NCBI GenBank assembly: GCA_965261735.1
Contig: OZ253470.1
Location: 4,032,001-4,096,000, forward strand
DNA length: 64,000 nucleotides
Source of the DNA: Alphaproteobacteria bacterium
GTDB taxonomy: Bacteria > Pseudomonadota > Alphaproteobacteria > SHVV01
Reading direction: 5' to 3'
The notes under the pieces are model-generated. The model was given only the letters and a program-made list of their open reading frames with translations, made no database searches and was not told the origin of the DNA. Each line of letters opens with the position of its first letter. The stretch's first letter is position 1. This document shows, piece after piece, positions 50,650 through 60,073 of the stretch. Made by a program: the position numbers and the translations under genes.

Positions 50650-51443
50650 GGCGCCAAGCAAGCGGTGAGCGGATCCGGCTATTTCATGGGCGAGTTCGCT
50701 GGACTGGAGATTACGATCAAGGACTCCAAGCGATTTGCCGATGAACCCGGCAATTGGGCCTATTTCAGCTTTGGTCACTCCTATCCGCTGGCCGACAGTG
50801 CCAAAGCGTTCCCGACCGGGGCATGTAACACCTGCCACGAGAATAGCGCTGCGGACGACTTCGTATTCACTCAGTACTATCCGGTTCTTCGAGCCGCCAA
50901 GGCACCGCGGAGTGGTCGCGTCATGACCAGTGAATCCGAGGATTTTTAGGAGATCGAGACGGCGATGAGGAGCGCGACCGGTAACGCATTCAAGGCGACC
51001 GCCGACACACCGAGCATCGACAGTGTGGTGCCAACCGATCAACCGGAGCTGTTCAGGTATTTGCGGGAAGGATCCTACAAGAACTTCGCAGCCAAGGAAT
51101 CGGCGCTGCACGCCTCGGCCGGGCCGCACACGAAGGTCGGCCTGCCGGTTCGGGTTTTCCTGGACCCCAAGATGGCTGAGTCGCTCCGGGCGGGCAACGA
51201 CTCCCACCCGGCCGGCACGGGCATCGTCAAGGAGTGTACGATGCTGATGGAAAGCTGCAAGGCTGGGCGGTATCGGTGAAGACCGGCACCGACAGCAACG
51301 GCGGCAAGGGCTGGTTCTGGTACGAGGTGACCAGCACGACCGATGGGTCCAAGCCGGTGGCCACCGGGAACGGGGTGCCGCTCTGTCTCGGATGTCACGC
51401 AGCCGGAAACGACTTCGTGCTGAGCAAGTTCCCGCTCAGATAG
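50650..51443 (+). pseudogene. two-domain cytochrome P460-family pseudogene (5' truncated, in-frame TAG, frameshift)
   Basis: GYFMGEFAGLE..KDSKRF.DEPGNWAYF..CNTCH..FTQYYPVL; TAG at 50947; second domain GTGIVKE/(M)YD...GWFWYE...CLGCH with a missing base near 51234. Confidence 0.75.
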
Positions 51444-51565
51444 CCGGTCCTCGCGCGAGAGATCCGCGCTAAAGAATCTACGGACCACCGCCGCTGGGCC
51501 CGGCGTTGACACGTTAGCCGGCGCGGTGGGCCGCACGTCCCAGGTCCGGCCCGGGAGCCAGATCA

Positions 51566-51597
51566 CAGGGGGTTGCGCCGAACGGTGCGACCCCCTG
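51566..51597. terminator. GC-rich hairpin between convergent genes
   Basis: CAGGGGGTTGCGCCG-AA-CGGTGCGACCCCCTG; no clear U-tract. Confidence 0.45.
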
Positions 51598-51641
51598 ATT
51601 ATTGCCGCGCCGGTGAGCCGCTGCCACCTACATGAATCAGC

Positions 51642-52706
51642 TTAGAGCAGCTGATGGTGCGACCCCTTCGATACCGGTGCCATGTCGGTGATGATTTCCG
51701 ACCAATGTTGGCCGCCATCCTCGCTGGCCCACACCTCACCGGTGTTCGTCGCGGCGAAGAGCGAAAACGAATCACCCCAATCCTCTAGCGTCAACGCCTG
51801 GATGGACGTCTTGAGCCGGTTCGGAAGTCCATCGCGCAGGGTCGTCCAGGTCCGCCCCCCATCGACGGTCTTCGAGATGCGCGATCCAGCCGTTCCGAGC
51901 TCGTGCCAGGAGCCCGGGCCGGTCGCTGCCGCAGCGACGAAAACATTCTCGGTATGGCGCGGGTGAATGACCAGGCAATCGGGGTAGCCGCCGATCTCGT
52001 GATCCGACGTGGTGCGATGCTCCCATGTCGTGCCCCCGTCTTGCGTGACATAAGCGCCGACACCGCTGGTCAGATAAATCTGGTCCGGGTTCGAGGGATC
52101 AAGGGCCGTGCGGTGCACGTCATCGTCCATGCCCCGAATCACCGTGAATGTCTCGCCGCCATCCTCACTCTTCAACAATCCGCCCTGTTCGATCGCGACG
52201 AACAGCGTGTTGGGGTCGTTGGGGTGGAAGCTGATATGCTTCGTGTGGGCGCGGTGGGGCGGCCCAGGGAAGGTCCACGCCGACATGTCGACCGAGCGCA
52301 GCGCCGCGAGCTCCGACCAGGTGCGTCCCACGTCGTCGCTGTAGAACAAGTGAGCCGGCTCGGTGCCGGCGTAGATTCGTGCGCCGCCGTTGCGCCGTGC
52401 CGACGCAAGGCAGTAGATGTCGGGCTCCGTGAGACCATCGTCGCGGCGCTCCCAACTGCGCCCGCCGTCCGCACTGGCGTAGACGGAGTCCCCATTCGCA
52501 CCGGCGAATATCACGCCGCTCACGGGCTCCATGATCAGCGCGTGGACGTGCTTGTCGGTCAACCAGCGGTCGGCGATTCGCCACCCCGCGCCGCCCGCAT
52601 CGCGCTTGATACAAACCACGCCCTCGATCGTGCCCACAAGAACCTCGTCAGCCGGTGCAGCGGACGTGAAGACCGTGTCTCCGCCATGGGAAAGCGCTAT
52701 CGCCAT
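51642..52706 (-). CDS. BNR/Asp-box repeat beta-propeller protein
   Basis: six S/T-x-D-x-G-x-x-W/F boxes (SADGGRSW, SDDVGRTW, SEDGGETF, TQDGGTTW, TVDGGRTW, SEDGGQHW); no signal peptide. Confidence 0.85.
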   Translation of the reverse strand: MAIALSHGGDTVFTSAAPADEVLVGTIEGVVCIKRDAGGAGWRIADRWLTDKHVHALIMEPVSGVIFAGANGDSVYASADGGRSWERRDDGLTEPDIYCLASARRNGGARIYAGTEPAHLFYSDDVGRTWSELAALRSVDMSAWTFPGPPHRAHTKHISFHPNDPNTLFVAIEQGGLLKSEDGGETFTVIRGMDDDVHRTALDPSNPDQIYLTSGVGAYVTQDGGTTWEHRTTSDHEIGGYPDCLVIHPRHTENVFVAAAATGPGSWHELGTAGSRISKTVDGGRTWTTLRDGLPNRLKTSIQALTLEDWGDSFSLFAATNTGEVWASEDGGQHWSEIITDMAPVSKGSHHQLL

Positions 52707-53006
52707 CGGACTCCCTTTCCATATCCGTTGGAGACCATCTTGAACGAGTGTCGGCACGAGACATAGGCAATTTCAATGACGACGCGATCGAGAGCCCGCG
52801 GACGGAGCGATCAGGCCCGAGGCCTGCCTACGCTGCTCGCGGCCGGTTCGACGACGGGCGTGGCCGCAGGCACGGGCCTTGACGCGGCCTTGACCTTGAA
52901 TTCCGTTCACACCTGCCGCACGCTCGGAGAATGCCAAAGCGCAAGATCACGCTGCCGCCGTTTGCCGCGTTGCGAGCGTTTCATGCTGCGGCCACGCATG
53001 ATCGAA

Positions 53007-53270
53007 TATCGCGATGCCGCTGAGAGCCTCGGCTTGACGGAATCGGCGATCAGTCACCAGGTGCGGCGGCTCGAGGAATTCCTCGGTACGGCATTGATCG
53101 ACCGCGCGGGCAAGCGCCCCAGACTGACCGATACCGGCCGCCGCTACCTCGAGCAGATCGAACCCGCGATACACCAGACCCAAAGGGCAACCGAAGCCCT
53201 ACTGCCGGCGGGCGGCCGCAGCATCGTACGCCTCACGCTGCCGCCCTCGCTCGCCGCCACATGGCTGATC
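53007..53270 (+). pseudogene. LysR-family (GcvA-like) HTH fragment
   Basis: AAESLGLTESAISHQVRRLEEFLG..LTDTG..PPSLAATWLI; both ends missing. Confidence 0.75.
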
Positions 53271-53271
53271 C

Positions 53272-53474
53272 GACACGCCCTATCAGGCCAACCGTACGCT
53301 TGGGGTTTTGTCCAAGATGTTCAATCTGGCGGAGCTGTGGGATCTCCGCCCCGACGGCTCGAACCCGTGCCGGCATGTGAAGCGATTCCGAGAGGAGAAG
53401 CGCGAGCGGTTTCTATCGGATGTCGAGTATCAACGTCTGGGCGCAGCCCTGAAAGATATCGAGGTGGACGGTTC
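53272..53474 (+). pseudogene. tyrosine recombinase/integrase internal fragment
   Basis: TPYQANRTLGVLSKMFNLAELW..RPDGSNPCRHVKRFREEKRERFLS. Confidence 0.75.
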
Positions 53475-53494
53475 GCTGCGGTTGCGGCTCGGCA

Positions 53495-54691
53495 TCACGC
53501 CCGCGGCGCGCGTATTCCCGGAGTCAGCAGTAGAGCCAGGATTGCCATCCCAAGCAGAAGCTGCAGCATCGGCTGGTAGTTGCCGTAGCTATCGAACACG
53601 ACGCCGCCGGCATAAGCGCCCAGTCCGCCGAAGCCGTTGTGAACCATGGTGATGATGCCGTTGATGGTGCCCAGATGGGCGGTCCCGAAATGCTCGCGCG
53701 TATACACCGCCGAAAGCGGCGCGGTCATCCAAAACGTCAGGCCGTAGAGCAGCGCGAATGCGGCAATCGCGATCGGTTCATTGCTGACAACGACCATCGC
53801 GAAGATCGCGCTTCGCAGGGCAAAGCAAATTGCGGTCGGCATGATCGGGCCGAGCCGATCCGACAGATAGCCCGAACCGACCACCCCCGCCACCCCGAAC
53901 AGCCCCATGAACGCGAACAAATTACGCGCGAGCAGCGAACCGACGCCGTGGTCGCGCACGAACTCGACGACATGCAGGGCCACGAAGTGATCCTGGAACC
54001 CGCAAATTCCGTAGATCGCAACCAGCAGCCAAAACGGTCGCGAGCGCACGATCGAGCGCAACGGCAAGGCATCGGTCGCTGTCAATTGGCCGGTGACCGT
54101 GCTGCGTTGAGCAGCGCCGTGATCGCGCGGCGCCACGGCGAAGAACGTCATCGGCAGGACCAGGATCGCGCCGGCAATGCCGAGCGCTACGAAAGAGCCG
54201 CGCCAACCCCAGTCTTCGATCCGTGCCGTCAGGGCGAGAACGATGAGCAATTGACCAATTCCCGATCCCGATACCGCGACGCCGTTGGCCAAGCCCATGC
54301 GATCGGGAAACGAGCGGCTGATCATGACGCCGATTGCCGGGACCGAGGTGCAGGCGGTTGCGGCGCCGAACCCAACCCCGTACAGCACCACCGCCTGGAG
54401 GGGCGTTTCGATGAGGCCCATCATGCCAACGCTCAGGCAAGCGACAAGCGTCGAAACGGCCAGCATCAGGCGGGCGTCGTACCGGTCGACGAGGCGACCC
54501 GCGAACGGGAGCGCCAGAGACGACACCACAAGGAACACGAGCGTGATGAAGGAGAGCGTCCCGCGGCCCCATTGGAGGTCATCGGTCATCGGACCGAGCG
54601 TCAGACCCATCACGAATCGTGTGCCGCCGTTGAACAGCAACAGCACGAAGCCGGCGGCAAGCACGAACAGGGCGACGTCGAATCGCTTCAC
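53495..54691 (-). CDS. MFS transporter (start uncertain)
   Basis: GRLVDRYDAR and GYLSDRLG motif-A copies; about 12 hydrophobic segments. Confidence 0.88.
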   Translation of the reverse strand: MKRFDVALFVLAAGFVLLLFNGGTRFVMGLTLGPMTDDLQWGRGTLSFITLVFLVVSSLALPFAGRLVDRYDARLMLAVSTLVACLSVGMMGLIETPLQAVVLYGVGFGAATACTSVPAIGVMISRSFPDRMGLANGVAVSGSGIGQLLIVLALTARIEDWGWRGSFVALGIAGAILVLPMTFFAVAPRDHGAAQRSTVTGQLTATDALPLRSIVRSRPFWLLVAIYGICGFQDHFVALHVVEFVRDHGVGSLLARNLFAFMGLFGVAGVVGSGYLSDRLGPIMPTAICFALRSAIFAMVVVSNEPIAIAAFALLYGLTFWMTAPLSAVYTREHFGTAHLGTINGIITMVHNGFGGLGAYAGGVVFDSYGNYQPMLQLLLGMAILALLLTPGIRAPRA

Positions 54692-55204
54692 TTCGGTCCG
54701 ATAATGATCGTTGGATAGCGCAAGGCGGGCGGAGGTATTGTGAGACGTCACGCACGCCACGGCAACGCTCGACTCGAGCGGGCAGCCGGCGCGCGACAAA
54801 CCGCATCGCCGCGAACATGCGAGCTCGGTATTGCCGCCCGCGACGCACGCCCCGCTGGTTCATCCCCGCGCGTGCGGGGAACGCGGCGTCGATCAGGACG
54901 GCGAGACGAGGCGCACCGTGCTGAGGGGATGGAAGCTCAGAAATCACGCCCTGGCGCTGTGGTTCATCTGGTGGGAGTCATGTATCGGCACACGAAGCGA
55001 CTCTCCCTTCGCATGGTCCCGGAAGCAGGTTGTGGATGTCCGCTATCCGGCAGCCTTTCAACAGTGACAGGCCAAGCGGCCGGCAATCCGGTCGACCGCC
55101 GGAACGACAATCCGCCCCAGAACTGTGCTCAGGCGTCTAACTCACTCGCCGTTTTACACCTGCCCTTGGACGGCGACGCCCATGCCGCTATTCCGCAGCC
55201 TCCG

Positions 55205-55393
55205 GCAGACGTCGACACCGCGCTCGAACATAAGATCTTCGACCTGTCGCAGCGGCAACGGGTAGCGGACATACATCATCACCGCGAGGCGGATGACCTC
55301 TGGCGAACTGTTGAAATAGCGGAAGGGATTTCGCATCTGGCAAAACTATGGATGCCCCATCTGCACATCAATCCATTTTTTCTGACAACACCC
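55205..55393 (-). mobile_element. IS6-family left-end relic with transposase 5' fragment
   Basis: RNPFRYFNSSPEVIRLAVMMYVRYPLPLRQVEDLMFERGVDVC, then similarity is lost; GGGTGTTGTCAGA end-like sequence upstream. Confidence 0.7.
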
Positions 55394-55598
55394 TGCTGGT
55401 TGCTGCACGCGCCGTATCGCCCCCCAGCCGGCGCTTGCCGGCCTCCAGGAACTCTTTGGACCAGCTGCAATAAAGGATCTCTGACGGGGGACAGTCGGAA
55501 AAGGGGATTGGCGACAACCGCGTTCCTGCTTATCCGTGACACTCCGCCTTAGGACGCGTATGTTCTCAATATGTTCCGCACGCGGAGGTCACGGCTAT

Positions 55599-56111
55599 AT
55601 GGGGTTCAAGGTTGCATCGCGCGTGCGTGGTTTGACCGACGAAGTGTTTCGCGAGGCCTTCGGCACCGAGGAGCAGTGCCGCGCGGCGCTGGTCCGGCTG
55701 CGCTGGCCGGACGGGTTTGTCTGCCCCTCCTGCGACCATCGCGGGCATTGTCTGCTGGCCGGCCGGGGTCTCTATCAATGCAACCGCTGCAAGACGCAGA
55801 CATCGCCCACAGCGGGCACGATCTGCCACGCGACCAAGCTGTCGCTGAAGATCTGGTTCGCAGCCATCCATCTGGTCGTGACGTCGAAGAACGGCATCTC
55901 GTCGGTGGAACTCGGCCGCCGTCTCGGGGTCAAACAGCCGACGGCCTGGACTGTGAAGCACAAGATCATGGCGGTGATGGCCCGGCGCGAGGAGGAGACG
56001 CCGCTCTCGGGGTGGGTGGAGATGGACGACGCCTATCTCGGCGGGGTGCGCTCCGGCGGCAAGCGGGGCCGTGGCGCGGCGGGCGTCACTTTCGTATATA
56101 AGCCCCATTAG
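55599..56111 (+). pseudogene. IS1595-family transposase, 3'-truncated
   Basis: RWPDGFVCPSC..YQCNRC, KNGISSVEL, VEMDDAYLGG..GKRGRG; remaining catalytic residues missing. Confidence 0.85.
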
Positions 56112-56219
56112 AAACAAGGGCCAGCCCAGCGCCCGGATGCCGAGGTTGACAGGGCGGGGGTCGGGCCCCGAGACTCCGGCCGCGTTGGGTACACGCCAAT
56201 CTCCGCTCTCGGGGGCGCT

Positions 56220-57221
56220 ATGCGATATCGGCGGCTTGGCCGCAGTGGGCTTCGGGTTTCGGAGCTCTGTCTCGGCACCATGACGCTCGGCGGCATGGTG
56301 GGCGAGAAGGAAAGCCTGCGCCAGCTCGATCGCGCCTTCGACGGCGGCATCAACTTTTTCGACACGGCCGAGCAATACGCGTCCCCGCCGACCGCCAAGT
56401 CCTATGGCCGATCGGAAAAAATCATCGGCAAGTGGCTCGCCACCAAGCCACGCGATGCGGTCGTCGTCGCCACCAAGATCACGGGCCCGAGCGTCGCCGG
56501 CGGCCACGCAATGCCGCACATCCGCCACGGCCAGACGGCTTTCGACCTGCACCACCTGACGGCCGCGGTCGAGGGCTCACTCAAGCGGCTCGGCACCGAC
56601 ACCATCGATCTTTTCCAGACCCACTGGCCCGATCGCGAAATCCCTTTCACTGATCAGTTGGAGGCGATGGAGCGGCTGATCGAGGCGGGCAAGGTGCGCT
56701 ACTATGGCGTCAGCCACGAAACCCCCTGGGGGCTGACCCGGCTGGCCGCGCTGGCTGAGAGCCATGGCTTGCCCCGCGTCGTCAGCGCGCAAAACCTGTA
56801 CAATCTGCTGGAGCGCCAGTTCGAGGGCGGCATGGCGGAGGTTTGCGAGCGCGAGAACATCGGGGGCATGGCTTTCTCCGTGCTGGCGATGGGTGTCCTT
56901 ACCGGGAAATACTCGGGTGGCGCCCTGCCCAAGGGCTCCCGGCTCGAGCAGCACGGCGTGTACCGCGACTGGGGCTACACGGCGCCGCGCATGCTAGCCG
57001 CGGCCGATCGCTACGCGGACGTGGCCAAGTCGGTGGGGCTCGCGCCCGCGAGCCTCGCGATCGCGTGGATTCTGAGCCGCCCGTTCGTAACCGCCGCGCT
57101 GTCGAGCTGCACGCGCATGGAGCAGCTCGATGCGCTGCTCACGGTTCCCGACGCCGCGCTGGACGAAGACACCCTAGCCCGAATCGGCGCCATTCACGCC
57201 GAGACGGGCAGTTTCGGCTAG
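56220..57221 (+). CDS. aldo/keto reductase (Tas-like)
   Basis: LGRSGLRVSELCLGTM, FDTAEQY, ATK, HWPDR, QNLYNLL. Confidence 0.92.
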   Translation: MRYRRLGRSGLRVSELCLGTMTLGGMVGEKESLRQLDRAFDGGINFFDTAEQYASPPTAKSYGRSEKIIGKWLATKPRDAVVVATKITGPSVAGGHAMPHIRHGQTAFDLHHLTAAVEGSLKRLGTDTIDLFQTHWPDREIPFTDQLEAMERLIEAGKVRYYGVSHETPWGLTRLAALAESHGLPRVVSAQNLYNLLERQFEGGMAEVCERENIGGMAFSVLAMGVLTGKYSGGALPKGSRLEQHGVYRDWGYTAPRMLAAADRYADVAKSVGLAPASLAIAWILSRPFVTAALSSCTRMEQLDALLTVPDAALDEDTLARIGAIHAETGSFG

Positions 57222-57268
57222 CCGCCGAGGGGCGACAATCGGCTTCGCCCACAGCGAGGAGTGCCGCG

Positions 57269-58513
57269 ATGGTCGAGTGGAATGAACTGAGCTGGCCCGC
57301 GCCCGACTTCAGCCGCGTGCCTTACGCGGTGTTCGGCGATCAGGACATTTTCGAGCGCGAGCAGGAGCGAATTTTTCGTGGCCCGGTGTGGTGCTACCTC
57401 GCGCTCGAAGCCGAGGTACCTCGGCCGGGCGACTTCAAGTCCGTCTTTGTCGGCGACCGCTCGGTCGTGGTCAACCGCGACGCGGACGGTAGCTTGCACG
57501 CCTTCCTCAACCGCTGCGCGCATCGCGGCTCGACGGTGGTGCGCGAGCTTCAGGGCAACCGCCAAAGCCACACCTGCATCTACCACCACTGGTGCTACGA
57601 CCTCGCCGGCAATCTCATCGGCGTGCCCTTCCAGCGCGGCATCGACGGCAAGGGCGGCATGCCGGCAAGCTTCGAGCGCGCGGCGCACGGCCTCAAGACG
57701 CTCAGGGTCGGGAGTTATCGCGGCGTGATCTTTGGCTCTTTCGACCCCAATATCGAGCCCCTCGAGGATTTCCTCGGGGCCTCCATGCGCGCCTTCCTCG
57801 ACACCCTGTTCGCGCGGCCCATCGAGATCCTCGGCTATCTGCGCCAGCGCATGCCGTCGAACTGGAAGCTCTATTTCGAGAACCTGACCGATCCCTATCA
57901 CGCCGGCCTGCTACATCAATTCCAGGCGACCTTTGGCCTGTTCAGGCAAACGCAGGCCGGCGGCACGGTCATGGACCAACACCGGCGCCATCAGATCCAG
58001 TATGCCTTCTACGATAGCGACGACCCCGACCACGCGGAGGCCGAGTACGAGGGCACCGGCGTCTTCGATCGCACCCTGAGCCTCAAGGACCCCACGATCG
58101 TCGAGTTCCGCGACGAGGAGGGCCAAGGGCGGGCCATCGACATGATGTCGGTGTTTCCGAGCGTCCTGTTCCAGCGCCTGTCCAACACCCTGGCGACGCG
58201 GCAAGTCCGGCCGCGCAATCCGGACGAATTCGATCTCTACTGGACCTACTTCGGTTACGCGGATGACGATCCCGAGCTCCGGCGCATGCGGAACCGCCAG
58301 GTCAACCTGGTCGGGCCGGGCGGCCTCATCTCCATGGAGGACGGCGAATCGGGGGTGGGGATTCAGCGCGCCATCCGACGCGAGCGCAACGATCACTCGG
58401 TGATCGAGATGGGCGGCATCGGCGCCGTCGAGGAACAGGACCATCTCGTGACGGAGGTTCCGGTGCGCGGCTTTTGGCGCAACTACCACCTGTTGATGAA
58501 CGGCGACGGCTGA
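57269..58513 (+). CDS. Rieske oxygenase alpha subunit (NagG-like), paralogue 4, no adjacent beta subunit
   Basis: NRCAHRG..CIYH; NWKLYFEN..DPYHAGLLH; SMEDGE; very similar to 15659..16942. Confidence 0.92.
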   Translation: MVEWNELSWPAPDFSRVPYAVFGDQDIFEREQERIFRGPVWCYLALEAEVPRPGDFKSVFVGDRSVVVNRDADGSLHAFLNRCAHRGSTVVRELQGNRQSHTCIYHHWCYDLAGNLIGVPFQRGIDGKGGMPASFERAAHGLKTLRVGSYRGVIFGSFDPNIEPLEDFLGASMRAFLDTLFARPIEILGYLRQRMPSNWKLYFENLTDPYHAGLLHQFQATFGLFRQTQAGGTVMDQHRRHQIQYAFYDSDDPDHAEAEYEGTGVFDRTLSLKDPTIVEFRDEEGQGRAIDMMSVFPSVLFQRLSNTLATRQVRPRNPDEFDLYWTYFGYADDDPELRRMRNRQVNLVGPGGLISMEDGESGVGIQRAIRRERNDHSVIEMGGIGAVEEQDHLVTEVPVRGFWRNYHLLMNGDG

Positions 58514-58640
58514 GTAGCCGCGGGGGCCCGCGTTCCGCGGCCGGTGGGGCGATGGGAACGGCGTTGCGACGTGCTAGGATGGCGTCCCGCAGCCAGCGGC
58601 CCGATTTGACTTCGATCTCATCAGACCAAGGAGGATACCG

Positions 58641-59042
58641 ATGGCAAAGATCGTGATTAATCCGACAACCCTGGCCGAACCCGTCGGCCATTTCGACCGC
58701 GGGGTCAAGATCGGAGACTACCTCCATATTTCGGGAACCTCCGCGCTGACCAACGTGTCCGGCGCGATGGCCGATCGCAAGCTCGCGCCGACCATCGAGG
58801 AGCAAACGCGCCTCACCTTCGAAAACATCAAGAAGGTGTGCGAGGCGGCCGGCTGTTCGCTCGACGATGTCTTCGAGATTCGCTTCTTCATCAAGCGGCG
58901 CGAGGACTTCGGGGTCGTCGATGCCATGGCCCGCGAGTACCTCCCCAAGCGGGGATTCATAGCGCATGGCTATCAGGGGGAGCTGCTACACCCCGACATG
59001 CTGATCGAGATCGAAGCCAAGGCCTACGTTCCCTCGTCGTGA
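58641..59042 (+). CDS. RidA/YjgF family protein (2-aminomuconate deaminase-like features)
   Basis: GDYLHISGTS, EEQTRLTFENIK, LLHPDMLIEIEAKAY. Confidence 0.85.
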   Translation: MAKIVINPTTLAEPVGHFDRGVKIGDYLHISGTSALTNVSGAMADRKLAPTIEEQTRLTFENIKKVCEAAGCSLDDVFEIRFFIKRREDFGVVDAMAREYLPKRGFIAHGYQGELLHPDMLIEIEAKAYVPSS

Positions 59043-59117
59043 TGACACACCGCGACCGCACGGGTGCCGGCGCCTCGGCGCGGCACCCCGCCGCGGCGCC
59101 AACGAGGATATATTCCC

Positions 59118-59969
59118 ATGCGTCTCGCCACACTCGTTGCGCCTGACCGCAAAGCGTACCTCGTCCGCCTGAGGAAGGGCATCGCCACACCCATCGGCCG
59201 CGCGTTCGAGCGCCCCGGCGTCGATCCGCTGCGCGAGCTCCTGGTGAGCGGGCGCAATCCTGCTCGGGTACGGCCGGTCGCGGAGGCGTTTCCAGCCGCG
59301 CGGGCGCGCTACCACGCGCCAGTGACCGCACCCTCGAAAGTCATCGCCATCGGCCTCAACTACAAGAAGCACCAGGAGGAATCCGGCCTGCCGGTGCCCA
59401 AGGCGCCGCAATCCTTCTGCAAGTACACCACCGCGCTGATCGGCCACAACCGGCCCATCATCTATCGGCGACGGGATTCGAGGCGCGTCGACTACGAGGT
59501 CGAGCTCGCCTTCGTCATCGGGCGGCGCGCGCGCGACGTGAAGCAGGCAAAGGCGCTCGACTACGTCTACGGCTACACCGTGTGCAACGACGTGTCGGCG
59601 CGCGACCACCAGTTTGCCGAAGGCCAAGTCGGCCGCGCCAAGAGCTTCGATACCTTCTGCCCACTCGGGCCCACCATCGTCACCCGCGATGAGATACCCG
59701 ATCCTCAGGCGCTGGGTATTCGCTGCCGCGTCAATGGCAAGACCATGCAGGAGGAGAACACCGCCGACATGATCTATTCGTGCGCGGACATCATCGCCTA
59801 CCTATCGCGATTCTTGACGCTCGAGCCCGGCGATGTGATCTCGACGGGAACTCCCTCGGGCGTTGGATTCGCGCGCGAGCCGCCTGTCTTTCTCCTTGAC
59901 GGCGCGGTCGTGGAGGTCGAGGTCGACGGTGTCGGCACCCTGCGCAACCCGGTGAAGGTGGTCAAATAG
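59118..59969 (+). CDS. fumarylacetoacetate hydrolase family protein
   Basis: KVIAIGLNY..H, DYEVEL, NDVSAR, KSFDTFCPLGP, TGTPSGVG. Confidence 0.93.
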   Translation: MRLATLVAPDRKAYLVRLRKGIATPIGRAFERPGVDPLRELLVSGRNPARVRPVAEAFPAARARYHAPVTAPSKVIAIGLNYKKHQEESGLPVPKAPQSFCKYTTALIGHNRPIIYRRRDSRRVDYEVELAFVIGRRARDVKQAKALDYVYGYTVCNDVSARDHQFAEGQVGRAKSFDTFCPLGPTIVTRDEIPDPQALGIRCRVNGKTMQEENTADMIYSCADIIAYLSRFLTLEPGDVISTGTPSGVGFAREPPVFLLDGAVVEVEVDGVGTLRNPVKVVK

Positions 59970-60073
59970 GCCGAGCGCACACCTCGCTCGGTCACGGGCC
60001 GGGATTGACCAGGGTTAAGGCGTGGACTCGCTGCACCTGCTTCTTGGGGCTCAGCATGACGTGAGGACCAGCG

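Noticed and set aside
52875-52900. GGCCTTGAC direct repeat resembling a MerR-type -35 region
   Set aside because: No complete operator palindrome and no intact downstream gene
52776-53579. 267-aa ORF as an intact LysR regulator
   Set aside because: Only the HTH and linker segment is LysR-like; the flanks are unrelated sequence
56843-57268. N-terminal extension making a 556-aa Rieske protein
   Set aside because: Overlaps the AKR in another frame; ATG 57269 has a GAGGAG RBS and aligns with the paralogue starts
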